From: an uncultured Bacillota bacterium
GTDB lineage: Bacteria > Bacillota > DTU025 > MWDF01
Length of the DNA: 64,000 nucleotides
Assembly (NCBI GenBank): GCA_963823655.1
Contig: CAWGMK010000006.1
Coordinates: 288,001 to 352,000, forward strand
Reading direction: 5' to 3'
Shown piece by piece: positions 9,697 to 18,951 of the stretch; the stretch's first letter is position 1; each line of letters starts with the position of its first letter. Position numbers and translations under genes: made by a program. The notes beneath the pieces were generated by a model. That model made no database searches and had not been told where the DNA came from. It saw only the letters and a program-made list of their open reading frames with translations.

Positions 9697-10374
9697 TTAC
9701 TTTACGCCGAATACTTCTTTGAGGATGTTGATTTTGTCATTGGTCGCCTTCGGCAATACTATTAGAGGGATGTTGCCCTTCTTGGCGATTTCTGTGAACC
9801 TGCCGTCCAGGTTTGACTGTTCCTCTACGATGAGGCCGTTCATTTTGGGCGCTACTGCGTCGATGATCTGCTCGAATTCGGAGCCCGGTTTGCCCCTCAT
9901 GGGCTGGCCTTCAATGTGCATGCCGATCATCTTGACCTTGTTTTTGACGCAGAAATCGATAAGGCCGTTTATCCTCTTCAGCTCATCTGACAGAGTCAAG
10001 CCGGATGCGCCCATCCCCTTGAGGCTATATCCGATTACGAATACCAGGGACTTGTAGGGAGTGCCCTTGGGGGCGGTGGAGTTGAGCCTTACGTAAGCGT
10101 CTCCGTCTCCGCCGTCTTCCTTGCTCTTCATTGTTGATAGCCCGACTCCTGAAGCCATATCCTTTGCATCAGGGATATCCGACCAGTCAAACGGTATCTT
10201 TCCCCTCTGCATAAGGGCCTCAACGGTGAAGATTCCTCCGCTCTGGCCGGCGGTATGCATCAGGACAGGCAGTTCCGCCGTGAACGGGACTGCTGCGTAT
10301 GCTGCTGGTACGTACATTGCGAAAGCCAATGCTACGACTGCGAGCACAACTAGTACGCGGTTCATTCTCGACAT
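9697..10374 (-). CDS. Exported DUF6305-like protein
   Basis: Signal peptide ending AYA; PVLMHTAGQS, IGYSLKGMGASG and GMHIEGQPMRG motifs match my recollection of DUF6305. Confidence 0.7.
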   Translation of the reverse strand: MSRMNRVLVVLAVVALAFAMYVPAAYAAVPFTAELPVLMHTAGQSGGIFTVEALMQRGKIPFDWSDIPDAKDMASGVGLSTMKSKEDGGDGDAYVRLNSTAPKGTPYKSLVFVIGYSLKGMGASGLTLSDELKRINGLIDFCVKNKVKMIGMHIEGQPMRGKPGSEFEQIIDAVAPKMNGLIVEEQSNLDGRFTEIAKKGNIPLIVLPKATNDKINILKEVFGVK

Positions 10375-10579
10375 TTTTCTTCCTCCTTATATTAAAGTAG
10401 ATACACAACAGAACTAAGGATTTTAACTGTTCAATTCGTTTTTATACCCTAATTCGAAAGTAGTCAATGAAAATTCGCATATACATACATCAATATCCAG
10501 ACAGTATACGAATATTCATCGCTCTATACATGTAAGACGCACTATACGAGCCCATTGTTCGAACCAATTGTTCTAATTC

Positions 10580-11657
10580 TTACTTGGTTACCAGGCTGTC
10601 AGGCATCATGATGGCGCGGATTAGCTTATCCAGCTGGTCAGACTCTGCTTCCATGCCCAGTTGCAGCGTGAGCTCCTCCAGCCTTTCCAGAAGGGAAAGG
10701 TTGGTAACGTCAGCGACTTCGACCGCTTTCCTGACCTCTTCGCTTGCGGCATCGGTATCTTCCAGTTCTATAAGCAGCTTTGCCTTTGCCATATATACGA
10801 AAGTATTCTTGGCATCTTTCTTAATGGCGCTTTCGAAGTACTTCTCCATATTCTTCGTGTCGCCCAGCTTTGCGTACACCTTGGCAATGCTAACGTCGAT
10901 ATATGGGTCGTTTGGCTCCGATTTTATTGCCTTCTTATAGAAATTGATGGCGTCCTCATACTTCTCCTCGGCGAAAGCTTTCCTGCCAAGCACCCTCTTG
11001 TCGAATATTTTTATATCTGAGGCTGCCTTAAGGCCTTCGAACCAGGCCTTGGAGACATTTATCTCGTTGTCGATCTCAAGAGTGGTCCTAATAAAGTCCT
11101 TTGCCTCTTCGTATACCAGGCTGGGAGAAGTCTTCAACCCTCTCGTTGTATTCGGCAAGGACCTGATCTTCCGTGACCTCGGGGATAACCCATTGTGTCA
11201 GCGGATAGTTGTCGACAGTGTAAATATCTTCCATATATTTTCTGAAGGATTCTTCCGTAAAACCCCAAGAAGATAGGAATGCTTCCCAGACAGCCTGAGA
11301 ACCGGCTTGCTCGATTTGAGCCTTCAAGGATGCATCGATCTCAGCCGGGTCTGCCTTATAGCCCTTCTTGGCCGCATCGTTGAGCACTATCTTCTGCTCT
11401 ACGAGGACGTCCATAACCGATACCCTGAGATCATCAAGGTTATCGTCCGTTATCTGCTGAGTCCCGCCAATCTGCTCATAGTAGTTCTTGATTTCCCTCT
11501 CAAGCTCAAAAAGATAGATCTGACTGCCGTCGATATCGGCAACTACCGTCATACCGGGATCCTTCTGGCTGTCCAGAATGATGAAAGCCAGGATGCCGGC
11601 CACAATTACAAATAGCGCTATCCAGCGGAAGTACCGGAATTTCGAAGTTTTGGCCAC
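10580..11657 (-). CDS. Membrane-anchored SurA/PrsA N-terminal-like domain plus C-terminal TPR repeats (frameshift near 11150)
   Basis: GTG start after GGAGG; TM segment then VADIDGSQI...LVEQKIVLNDA; TPR-like YEDAINFYKKAIKSEPND. Confidence 0.65.
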
Positions 11658-11939
11658 TGTCTTACCTCCATGATGTGTGTTTTCGCCCATTACATGCCAT
11701 AACTCAACTTGCCCGCGTAAACAGGCAGATGACAACCTCATGAGCGTTAGTAGTATAATAATACCATCGTTAAAGGGTACCTGTTGAATTATGTTAAGGA
11801 CAAGAGCAAAATATCTGCACGTGAATCGGCGGCGAGAATTTCGGAAAACTCAGGCTCATATCTATCGAGAAGATACTTTGCAGGAACCCAACCTGACCTG
11901 TTTGACGTTTAAAGACCAAATGAACGATTCGGAGGCAAA

Positions 11940-13024
11940 ATGGCAAAAAGGTTTCTATTATTAGTATTTCTTACTGCTTGCGATGTCTTTGCCTTTCAGC
12001 TCAACCGCATCCGCACGGGAGGGCTGGACGATTGGTTTCGAAGCGCTAGTTGATCACAGCTTGCTTCCGGGAGGAGGCATTGCCATAGCGACTGGCAACA
12101 AGGTCGTGTCTTTGGACAAGAATGGCAACAAGCAATGGGAATGGCAGGCGGCAGGGCCGATCAGGCAAATAACATCGGATGATACAGGCAATGTGTTCGC
12201 AGCGTTCGGGACTGCAGCTAGTTAAGCTGGACGGCAATGGCAGAATAGTGTGGTCTGCGGATACAATGCATGCGGTATATTCGTTAGAGTATGCTTCCGG
12301 AGGGATAGTCGCTGCAGGATATGAGTATGGTGTGCTGGCCTTCGATGAAAGCGGCGAAAATATCTGGGAGCATTACGCAAACGAGGAGTGCGACACCTGA
12401 CAACCCAAGATACCGGGGCCGGTCAGGCTCCTTCATTACTTGGGTACATACAGGCTGTCTGATATTGGGCGAGGTTTTTGAGGTCGGAAGCGCTGACAGG
12501 ACAGACGGAATTGACTATATAAATATTGTAGACATCAGGGATGGATGGACGGACCAGCAGTTCGAAGCCGTAAAGCCCTTCGAGATAAGGGCGGTTGAGG
12601 TGCTTGGCCCTGAGAGCATACTGGCGGCCGTCGACTATTCGGGGCTAGTCAGATGGAATACACAGGATATGTACGGAACCGACTGGGCATATAAGATGGC
12701 GCCGCCGAAATACATAAGCAGCGGCCCGACTGACAGGGCGCTGACTGTGGATTTCAATGGTTCGTTCAATTGTGCTGATGGATACTAAAAACGGTCTGCC
12801 GGTGATATCCGGCAAGCTGGCGTGAGCCTGCGATAGGAAAGCCCGTATGGAATGACGGATACTATTACATACCGATAGAAGGGGCCGTTATCGGTCTGGA
12901 CCTGAAATTGTCGAAATCATTCAGGATGGATGCAAAGGGTATCGAGGTAGCCGCCGAGATTGCGTTTGGCGAGGATGGCCTTTATGTAATGGACACGGAC
13001 ACACTGATTAAGATATCTCTATAA
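11940..13024 (+). CDS. Secreted PQQ/BamB-like beta-propeller protein with in-frame TGA at 12398-12400 (candidate selenocysteine); several indels
   Basis: GGAGG-ATG at 11940; blade repeats SLDKNGNKQWEW, KLDGNGRIVWS and AFDESGENIWEH; fragments continue to LYVMDTDTLIKISL-TAA at 13024. Confidence 0.65.
12401..12445 (+). promoter_or_regulatory. Candidate bacterial SECIS element
   Basis: Directly after TGA: lower stem ACCCAAG/CTTGGGT, upper stem GGGGCC/GGCTCC, apical loop GGTCA at +21 to +25. Confidence 0.55.
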
Positions 13025-13043
13025 AAGAACACGGGGGAAAAAC

Positions 13044-14102
13044 ATGAACTGCATCTTAGGAAAAAGGCGTTCTTTATTGATTTTGGCGGCGGTCATTGCA
13101 TTAGCTTTGGGCAGTGCTTCTGCCTTCGCGTCCGAACCTGTGAACCTTAGTACCAAGGACCGCTGACCAGATACCTGTGATAAGCGGGGCCTATGAGGAT
13201 GAAGCCGAGGCTAAGAAACTGCTGGCTTCCTATATGCCCGAACACAATGTCATAGGGAAACTGAGAAACAAGACCATCAAGGTACTTATTCGTGGATATG
13301 GTAGTTGACGACGTTACCAGGTGGTATGAGAAGGCGCTAGGGTATCCTTCCGTTACTTTGGAGGAGCTTAGCGTAGGGGAAGGCATTGGCCTGGGGGGGA
13401 AAGCCCCATGTACTACTGGTACGAATACTACATGTTCCCTGATACGAATGCATATGATGAGCAAGGCAAACTAATATGGCCGGGAGAGTTCATTACCAAG
13501 TCACTGGCCGAGAGCCGCCGCACATGGATGAGGGGCGCAATACTCCAGACAGCCAATTACGGCTGGTTCTTCAAGGACATGGAGAACTCAGTGACCGACT
13601 GCATGCTGGTATTACGGATGCGGGATTCGACTTCCAGAATATGACATATTCGAAGAAGACGGCAATAATTCTATCCTGGGAGACATATGAGCCTTTCAAG
13701 GAAGAGGATTACGTCGAGCCGGATGAAGACCCGGAAATGGCTGCATACATGAAGGACGTGGAGGAATTCGCGCAGATGCTTCTGGATGATCCTCCTACTC
13801 CCAAAATGCTTGATCTGCCGATAAATGATGCTATGCTTTTCGACCCCTTCACAACTGCAATGTATATGATGGAGGGCGATCCGATGTTTGCCTTCTTCTG
13901 GGATATCGAGCCGGAAGAAGCGGTAAAACTCTACTCGGCGGAGCTTATGCTTAAACCTGAAGAATATGAAGGCGGGTGGGTCTTCGTATTCTCCGGAAGG
14001 CTTCCGTATCCGATGCACGCCTTATATATCTACCCTAACGATATTCCCGGAGTGCCTTTCAAGACCTTGATTTTCATACGCAAAGAAGCAGTGACCAGAT
14101 AA
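13044..14102 (+). CDS. Secreted hypothetical protein (multiple indels)
   Basis: Signal peptide MNCILGKRRSLLILAAVIALALGSASAFA; consecutive fragments 13292, 13408 and 13476-14102. Confidence 0.55.
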
Positions 14103-14118
14103 CAGACGAAAAGACTAT

Positions 14119-14160
14119 ACCTGCCATGGGAGGTTCACCTTCCCATGGCAGGTTTTTTTT
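14119..14160. terminator. Terminator between convergent genes
   Basis: 13-bp stem ACCTGCCATGGGA/TCCCATGGCAGGT followed by a T run on the plus strand. Confidence 0.85.
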
Positions 14161-15519
14161 ATTCGGCAAAGGCAGGTCCTTTAGGGATTCGGCGACCTGC
14201 TCTTCTGAGTATTCCAGGTCGGGAAGCTGGCCTTTTATATATTTCTCATATGCTGTCAGGTCGAAATGCCCGTGGCCGGATAGGCAGAACACTATGGTCT
14301 TGCTGATTCCTTCCTTCTTGCAGATTTCGGCCTGCCGTATGGCCTCCGCTATGGCGTGCGAGGATTCTGGCGCAGGCACTATGCATTCGGTCCTGGAGAA
14401 AAGCTCAGCCGCCTTGAACGTCTCGCTCTGAGGGATATTAGTGGCCTCGATGAGCCCGTCGTGGTAAAGCTTCGCGATTATCGGAGATGTCCCATGGAAG
14501 CGCAGGCCTCCTGCGTGGATTGAAGATGGCACGAAATTGTGCCCCAGCGTATACATCTTCACAACGGGTGCCATTCCGGCCGTATCGCCGTAATCGTACG
14601 CGTACTTGCCTTTGCACAAGCTAGGGCAAGCGGCGGGTTCGACGGCTATAAGCCTAAGCTTTCCCGAGGATGCCATGCTGTCTTTCAAGAAGGGGAGCGC
14701 AATGCCGCCGAAATTGCTCCCGCCTCCGCAGCAGCCGATAATGATGTCCGGCGTGTCTCCCGCGATTTCTAGCTGCCTTCTCGTCTCAAGGCCTATTACG
14801 CTCTGGTGGAGCAGAACATGGTTTAGTACGCTTCCTAGTGCATAGTTTGCGTCCGGCATTCCAAGGGCCGCCTCAACCGCCTCGCTGATTGCCATGCCCA
14901 AGCTGCCAGGAGAATCAGGGAACTTCTTGAGAATCGCCCTTCCTGCCTCGGTTGTGTCGGACGGGCTGGGCGTAACTTCCGCGCCCCACAGGTTCATCAA
15001 TATCCTTCGATAGGGCTTCTGCTCATAGCTTGTCCTGACCATGTACACTTTGCACCCGAGGCCCATCATATTGCACGCAAGAGCCAGCGAACAGCCCCAT
15101 TGGCCGGCGCCTGTCTCAGTTGTCAGGGTCTTAATGCCGGCGAGCTTGTTGTAATATGCCTGAGGAATGGCTGTATTGGGCTTGTGGCTTCCCGTCGGGC
15201 TTACGCTCTCGTTTTTGAAGTAGATCTTGGCCGGCGTATCAAGGGCTTTTTCGAGCCTTCTGGCCCTGACGAGCGGGGTGGGCCTCCATATGGACAGAGC
15301 CTCTCTCACCTCTTCGGGAATCTCGATCCAGCGCTCAAGGCTAGCCTCCTGCCTGATTAGCTCCATGGGGAAAATCGAAAGAAGGTCCTCAGGCACAAGC
15401 GGTTTCAGGGTTCGCGGGTTCAGGGGAGGATCCAAGGGTTGTGGCATGTCTGCCTGTACGTTATACCAAGCTTTGGGTATGTCCTCTTTGTTAAGCAGTA
15501 TCCTGTCGTCTTTTTGCAT
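14159..15519 (-). CDS. trpB2: TrpB2 (stand-alone TrpB-like tryptophan synthase beta chain)
   Basis: SPTGSHKPNTA (PLP lysine), TETGAGQWG, GSLGMAISEA, GSVLNHV and LSGHGHFD; long TrpB2-type N-terminus. The true stop is probably about 14159; the ORF-track tail runs through the terminator. Confidence 0.92.
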
Positions 15520-15542
15520 TCCATTCACCCCTTATCATTTCT

Positions 15543-16793
15543 TTAGTTGCTGTAACTGCTGATCAAAAGCCCTTCTATGGGTTTTGGATGGAAACACGTC
15601 GTTTTTTCAGGCATTAGCCTTCCGGACAAGGCCGCCTCGAACACCTGTCGCGCCGTCGGAGGCACAGTAAAGAATGCAATCTGGCTATAGCCGCTTTCAA
15701 CAGCCCTGATGCAAGCTTCCATGGAAGGTGTGAAGTTGACCCTTGCCCTGACTATGTTGCCTTGGCCTTCGTCTTTCAGGAAGGGAAGGCGCCCGAACTC
15801 AAGGTGCCTTGCGAGCAAGTCCTCATGCAGGACCTCAGAGGAACACTTTCCACGAGGCAGCCTGAAAACCAGGCTGATAAAGCCCGTTTCCGAGGAATAG
15901 GCCCCAAATACTGCGCTGCCGGGAGAAGCACTCTTCAGGCAGGCTCTGAGGGATTCTGCATTGCTGTGCCGCTTAATAATGAAATCCTCTTGGATCAGCC
16001 CCGGAAGTTTAAGCAACAAGGAAGGGGGGATGCCCTTCAAATGCCTGTGGAACGGCCTTACCTGAATCCCCACGGAATCCATAGGGAAAAGGCAGGAGAG
16101 AACCCCGGTGCCTGCTCTTTGCCCATTCTGGACGGCCTCTTTTGCAGCTTCAAACCTGTGGTGGCCGTCAGCTATCACGACTGTCTTCTCGGCCATGATG
16201 GTTTTCAGTTGCGCTATTGCGCCATCTTCTATCCTGCATAGCGAATGAGTATTTCCATCAGGATCAGAAAACTCGATCACAATTCTGCAGGACGAACAGG
16301 ATAGTAAACTGAGTACTTTCGAATCCCTGTCCTCGAAAAGGCCGAAGACGGCACTCAAGTCAGAGTTGGTGCTTGCTGAAAGGTTGGCCCACTGACGCAC
16401 GGCATCGGGGAAGGTCCGCTCGTGCGGCAGCACTTTTCCCTCCCCATAGGCCGAGGCTTCGACTAGGCAGTAGAAACCGATCCTGCTGCGCATCTGCCCT
16501 TCTTCATCTGCATACGAGAGCGTATATCGATACATTGCCCGAGCTTTATCCGGCTTCAGAATGCCATCCTTGAGCATTTCATCCAGCAGCCTTCGAGAGG
16601 ACAGGAAATCCGGCTTGCCTTCCTTGTCCTTCATCGGCCTTAAAACCCTAACGATGTTATTGCGCGAACCGGCCGCAAGTTTGGCACGCATTTCGCTGTT
16701 AACTTCGCTAAGGCAAGGGGATACAAGCTTGCTTATGTCTCCGGCCCTTTTGGCGTCGTAGAATATGCCGTTGAACATCGATATGTTGGCCAA
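15543..16793 (-). CDS. DUF1015-family protein (ParB/Srx-like fold)
   Basis: TTG start after AAGGAGG; VLPHERTF, IADGHHRFEAA and MPEKTTCFHPKPIEGL motifs. Confidence 0.85.
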   Translation of the reverse strand: MANISMFNGIFYDAKRAGDISKLVSPCLSEVNSEMRAKLAAGSRNNIVRVLRPMKDKEGKPDFLSSRRLLDEMLKDGILKPDKARAMYRYTLSYADEEGQMRSRIGFYCLVEASAYGEGKVLPHERTFPDAVRQWANLSASTNSDLSAVFGLFEDRDSKVLSLLSCSSCRIVIEFSDPDGNTHSLCRIEDGAIAQLKTIMAEKTVVIADGHHRFEAAKEAVQNGQRAGTGVLSCLFPMDSVGIQVRPFHRHLKGIPPSLLLKLPGLIQEDFIIKRHSNAESLRACLKSASPGSAVFGAYSSETGFISLVFRLPRGKCSSEVLHEDLLARHLEFGRLPFLKDEGQGNIVRARVNFTPSMEACIRAVESGYSQIAFFTVPPTARQVFEAALSGRLMPEKTTCFHPKPIEGLLISSYSN

Positions 16794-16813
16794 GAGGGTG
16801 CCTCCTTATATGC

Positions 16814-16850
16814 AAAATAAAAGAAGCCCGGAGTACAAGACCCGGGCTTC
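16814..16850 (-). terminator. Attenuator terminator upstream of DUF1015-trpB2
   Basis: GAAGCCCGGG-TCTTGTAC-TCCGGGCTTC followed by TTTTATTTT, about 20 nt before the DUF1015 start. Confidence 0.85.
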
Positions 16851-16884
16851 CTGATTTTCCGAGCGTTCTACGTCCTGTTCGTGC

Positions 16885-16995
16885 TTATTCGCCTTTAAAG
16901 CTGCGCCAGCCCCAAGCGAAAGCCGAATGGACACGACCTGCGTTTCCAGTAAAAGCCGATGAGTATGAAGTTGGCTTCAAAATGCAGGTCATCAT
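16885..16995 (-). CDS. Putative Trp leader peptide (36 aa)
   Basis: AAGGA SD; MMTCILKPTSYSSAFTGNAGRVHSAFAWGWRSFKGE with TGG codons at 16912-16914 and 16906-16908; TTGACA at 17045-17050 upstream. Confidence 0.78.
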   Translation of the reverse strand: MMTCILKPTSYSSAFTGNAGRVHSAFAWGWRSFKGE

Positions 16996-17109
16996 TTTCA
17001 TCCTTAATGCAGAATAAACTAATAATCATACGAGAGGTTTGCTTTGTCAAGCGGAATCAGGCAAAATGTATATATCAGAGCAGGTGATATTCAGCCTCAA
17101 TACTGCTTA

Positions 17110-17138
17110 TTGACACGGCAACCCCAAACATCTAAAAT
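17110..17138 (+). promoter_or_regulatory. Sigma70 promoter of rplM-rpsI
   Basis: TTGACA-17 nt-TAAAAT. Confidence 0.8.
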
Positions 17139-17245
17139 CTTAATGTGAGTCACTTAGCCGGCTCGAGTATTTTTATGGTCGAAGCGCGGAGTTTTCCCGG
17201 ACACCTCGCTTGGACCCTGTAGGCAAAACTACTGGGAGGGACAAG

Positions 17246-17683
17246 ATGTACCGCTCTTACATGGCAAAGCCTGAAGAAATGGAGCGCAAGTGGTTTGTTG
17301 TAGACGCCGAAGGCAAGACCTTGGGTCGTCTGGCAAGCCAGGTTGCCTCGATACTTAGGGGTAAGCACAAGCCGATTTTCACACCGCACGTAGACTGCGG
17401 GGACCACGTAATAGTAATCAATGCCGAGAAGGTCGTCCTTACGGGCAACAAGCTAAAGGACAAGATCTATTACAGGCATACGATGTATCCCGGAGGCCTC
17501 AGGGCGATCCCGTACGGGAAGCTGCTGGAGACACAGCCTGAAAGGGCAGTCGAAAGGGCAATCAAGGGAATGATTCCTCACACAAGGCTCGGACACAGGA
17601 TCGGCATGAAGCTCAAGGTTTACAAAGGTCCTGAGCATCCGCATGCAGCCCAGAAGCCCGAACCGCTCGATATTAAGGCTTAG
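17246..17683 (+). CDS. rplM: 50S ribosomal protein L13
   Basis: [31 protein letters not shown] and HPHAAQKP. Confidence 0.98.
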   Translation: MYRSYMAKPEEMERKWFVVDAEGKTLGRLASQVASILRGKHKPIFTPHVDCGDHVIVINAEKVVLTGNKLKDKIYYRHTMYPGGLRAIPYGKLLETQPERAVERAIKGMIPHTRLGHRIGMKLKVYKGPEHPHAAQKPEPLDIKA

Positions 17684-17709
17684 GCCAGGCAAGGAAGGAG
17701 ATCGAACCT

Positions 17710-18102
17710 ATGGCATTGGAACAGTACAGGGGAACAGGCAGAAGGAAATGCTCTGTGGCCAGGGTCAGACTCGTGCCTGGCTCGGGCAAGGTAACCATCA
17801 ACGGCAGGGAGATGGCGGAATATCTTGGCCGTCAGGTACTCGAACTGGTCGTTATGGCACCGCTCAAGCTCACAAGCAGCGATGGCAAGTATGATGTCCT
17901 CGTCAACGTCCACGGAGGCGGCACAACCGGCCAGGCCGGCGCCGTTCGCCACGGAATAGCAAGGGCTCTTCTGCAGGTTGATGGCGAGCTCAGGCCCGCA
18001 CTCAAGAAGGCAGGGTTCCTGACAAGAGACGACAGGATGAAGGAGCGCAGGAAGTACGGCCTCAAGAAGGCAAGAAAGGCGCCCCAGTTCTCCAAGAGGT
18101 AA
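17710..18102 (+). CDS. rpsI: 30S ribosomal protein S9
   Basis: [25 protein letters not shown] and [11 protein letters not shown]. Confidence 0.98.
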   Translation: MALEQYRGTGRRKCSVARVRLVPGSGKVTINGREMAEYLGRQVLELVVMAPLKLTSSDGKYDVLVNVHGGGTTGQAGAVRHGIARALLQVDGELRPALKKAGFLTRDDRMKERRKYGLKKARKAPQFSKR

Positions 18103-18120
18103 TCTTACCTCGCTTGTTAG

Positions 18121-18168
18121 AAAACAAAAAACGACCCCGGGCTGTTTTGCCCGGGGTCTTCTAATTTT
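18121..18168. terminator. Bidirectional terminator rpsI/thiZ
   Basis: Stem GACCCCGGGC/GCCCGGGGTC flanked by A and T tracts. Confidence 0.8.
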
Positions 18169-18210
18169 CGGCCAATTGGCCGTTTGAGCAAGGCAAACCT
18201 TAAGGTACGG

Positions 18211-18942
18211 CTAGTCTTTCAGGCCTAGCGCCTTGGCTATGAGGCTGTTTGATGAGGCCCTTCCCTCGACACCTGGCAATAGCTTCAAGACGACATGCGC
18301 AGGCCTTGCCGAAAGCACATATACTACATCGGAAAGGTAGGACGCCTCGTCGATGTCGTGAGTTGTCATCAGCATAGTAAGGCCCAGTTCGGCCTTCACT
18401 TCCAGCAGCCATTGCTGCATCGATTTCCTCGTTAGCGCATCCAGCGCGCCGAAGGGCTCGTCTAAAAGCAGGAAGCGCCTCTTCTGCATAACGGTTCTAA
18501 GCAGTGCGACTCTCTGCTTCATGCCCCCGGAAAGATCACTGGGGTAGTAGTTCTCGAATCCCTGAAGGCCGAAGATAGGCATGAGGCGCAGCGCCTCCTC
18601 CTTTGCAGCATCCAGATCCCCTCCTGAAAGCTCAGCTGCCAGCACTGCATTGCCAAGCGCAGTCCGCCAGGGGAGAAGCAAGTCCTTCTGCGGCATGTAA
18701 GAGGGAGGCGAGGACAGCTCGAACCGGCCGGATCTCGGCTTGAGCCTTCCGGTAAATATTGAAAAGAGGGTGCTCTTCCCGCAGCCGGAGGGGCCCAGAA
18801 TGCTTACGAAGCTTCCTTCCGGGACCTCAAGGCTTATTGCGTCAAGTACCGGGACATGGCCCTGTTTTCGGCTCTTATAGGCGAAGCTGAGCGCGTCCGC
18901 TTTCAGCATTGGAGTAGATCCGGTACTTTCGGTCATTGTCAT
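18211..18942 (-). CDS. ABC transporter ATPase, ThiZ-like (thiamine precursor uptake)
   Basis: GPSGCGKS, LSGGMKQR and LLLDEPFGALD; lies in a TPP-riboswitch operon. Confidence 0.85.
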   Translation of the reverse strand: MTMTESTGSTPMLKADALSFAYKSRKQGHVPVLDAISLEVPEGSFVSILGPSGCGKSTLFSIFTGRLKPRSGRFELSSPPSYMPQKDLLLPWRTALGNAVLAAELSGGDLDAAKEEALRLMPIFGLQGFENYYPSDLSGGMKQRVALLRTVMQKRRFLLLDEPFGALDALTRKSMQQWLLEVKAELGLTMLMTTHDIDEASYLSDVVYVLSARPAHVVLKLLPGVEGRASSNSLIAKALGLKD

Positions 18943-18951
18943 GGCAGCAGC

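Noticed and set aside
13164-13166. Second in-frame TGA after a signal peptide (KDR-TGA-PDTC) as possible selenocysteine
   Set aside because: The frame closes again 10 codons later, no convincing SECIS follows, and a neighbouring frame (DQIPVISGAYEDEA) reads as the real protein, so an indel explains it.
14074-14158. TrpB2 C-terminal extension overlapping the opposite gene
   Set aside because: It runs through a strong terminator; a missed stop near 14159 due to an indel is more likely.
17145-17245. Possible L13 leader RNA
   Set aside because: The position fits, but I could not match a consensus structure by eye; it needs an Infernal search.
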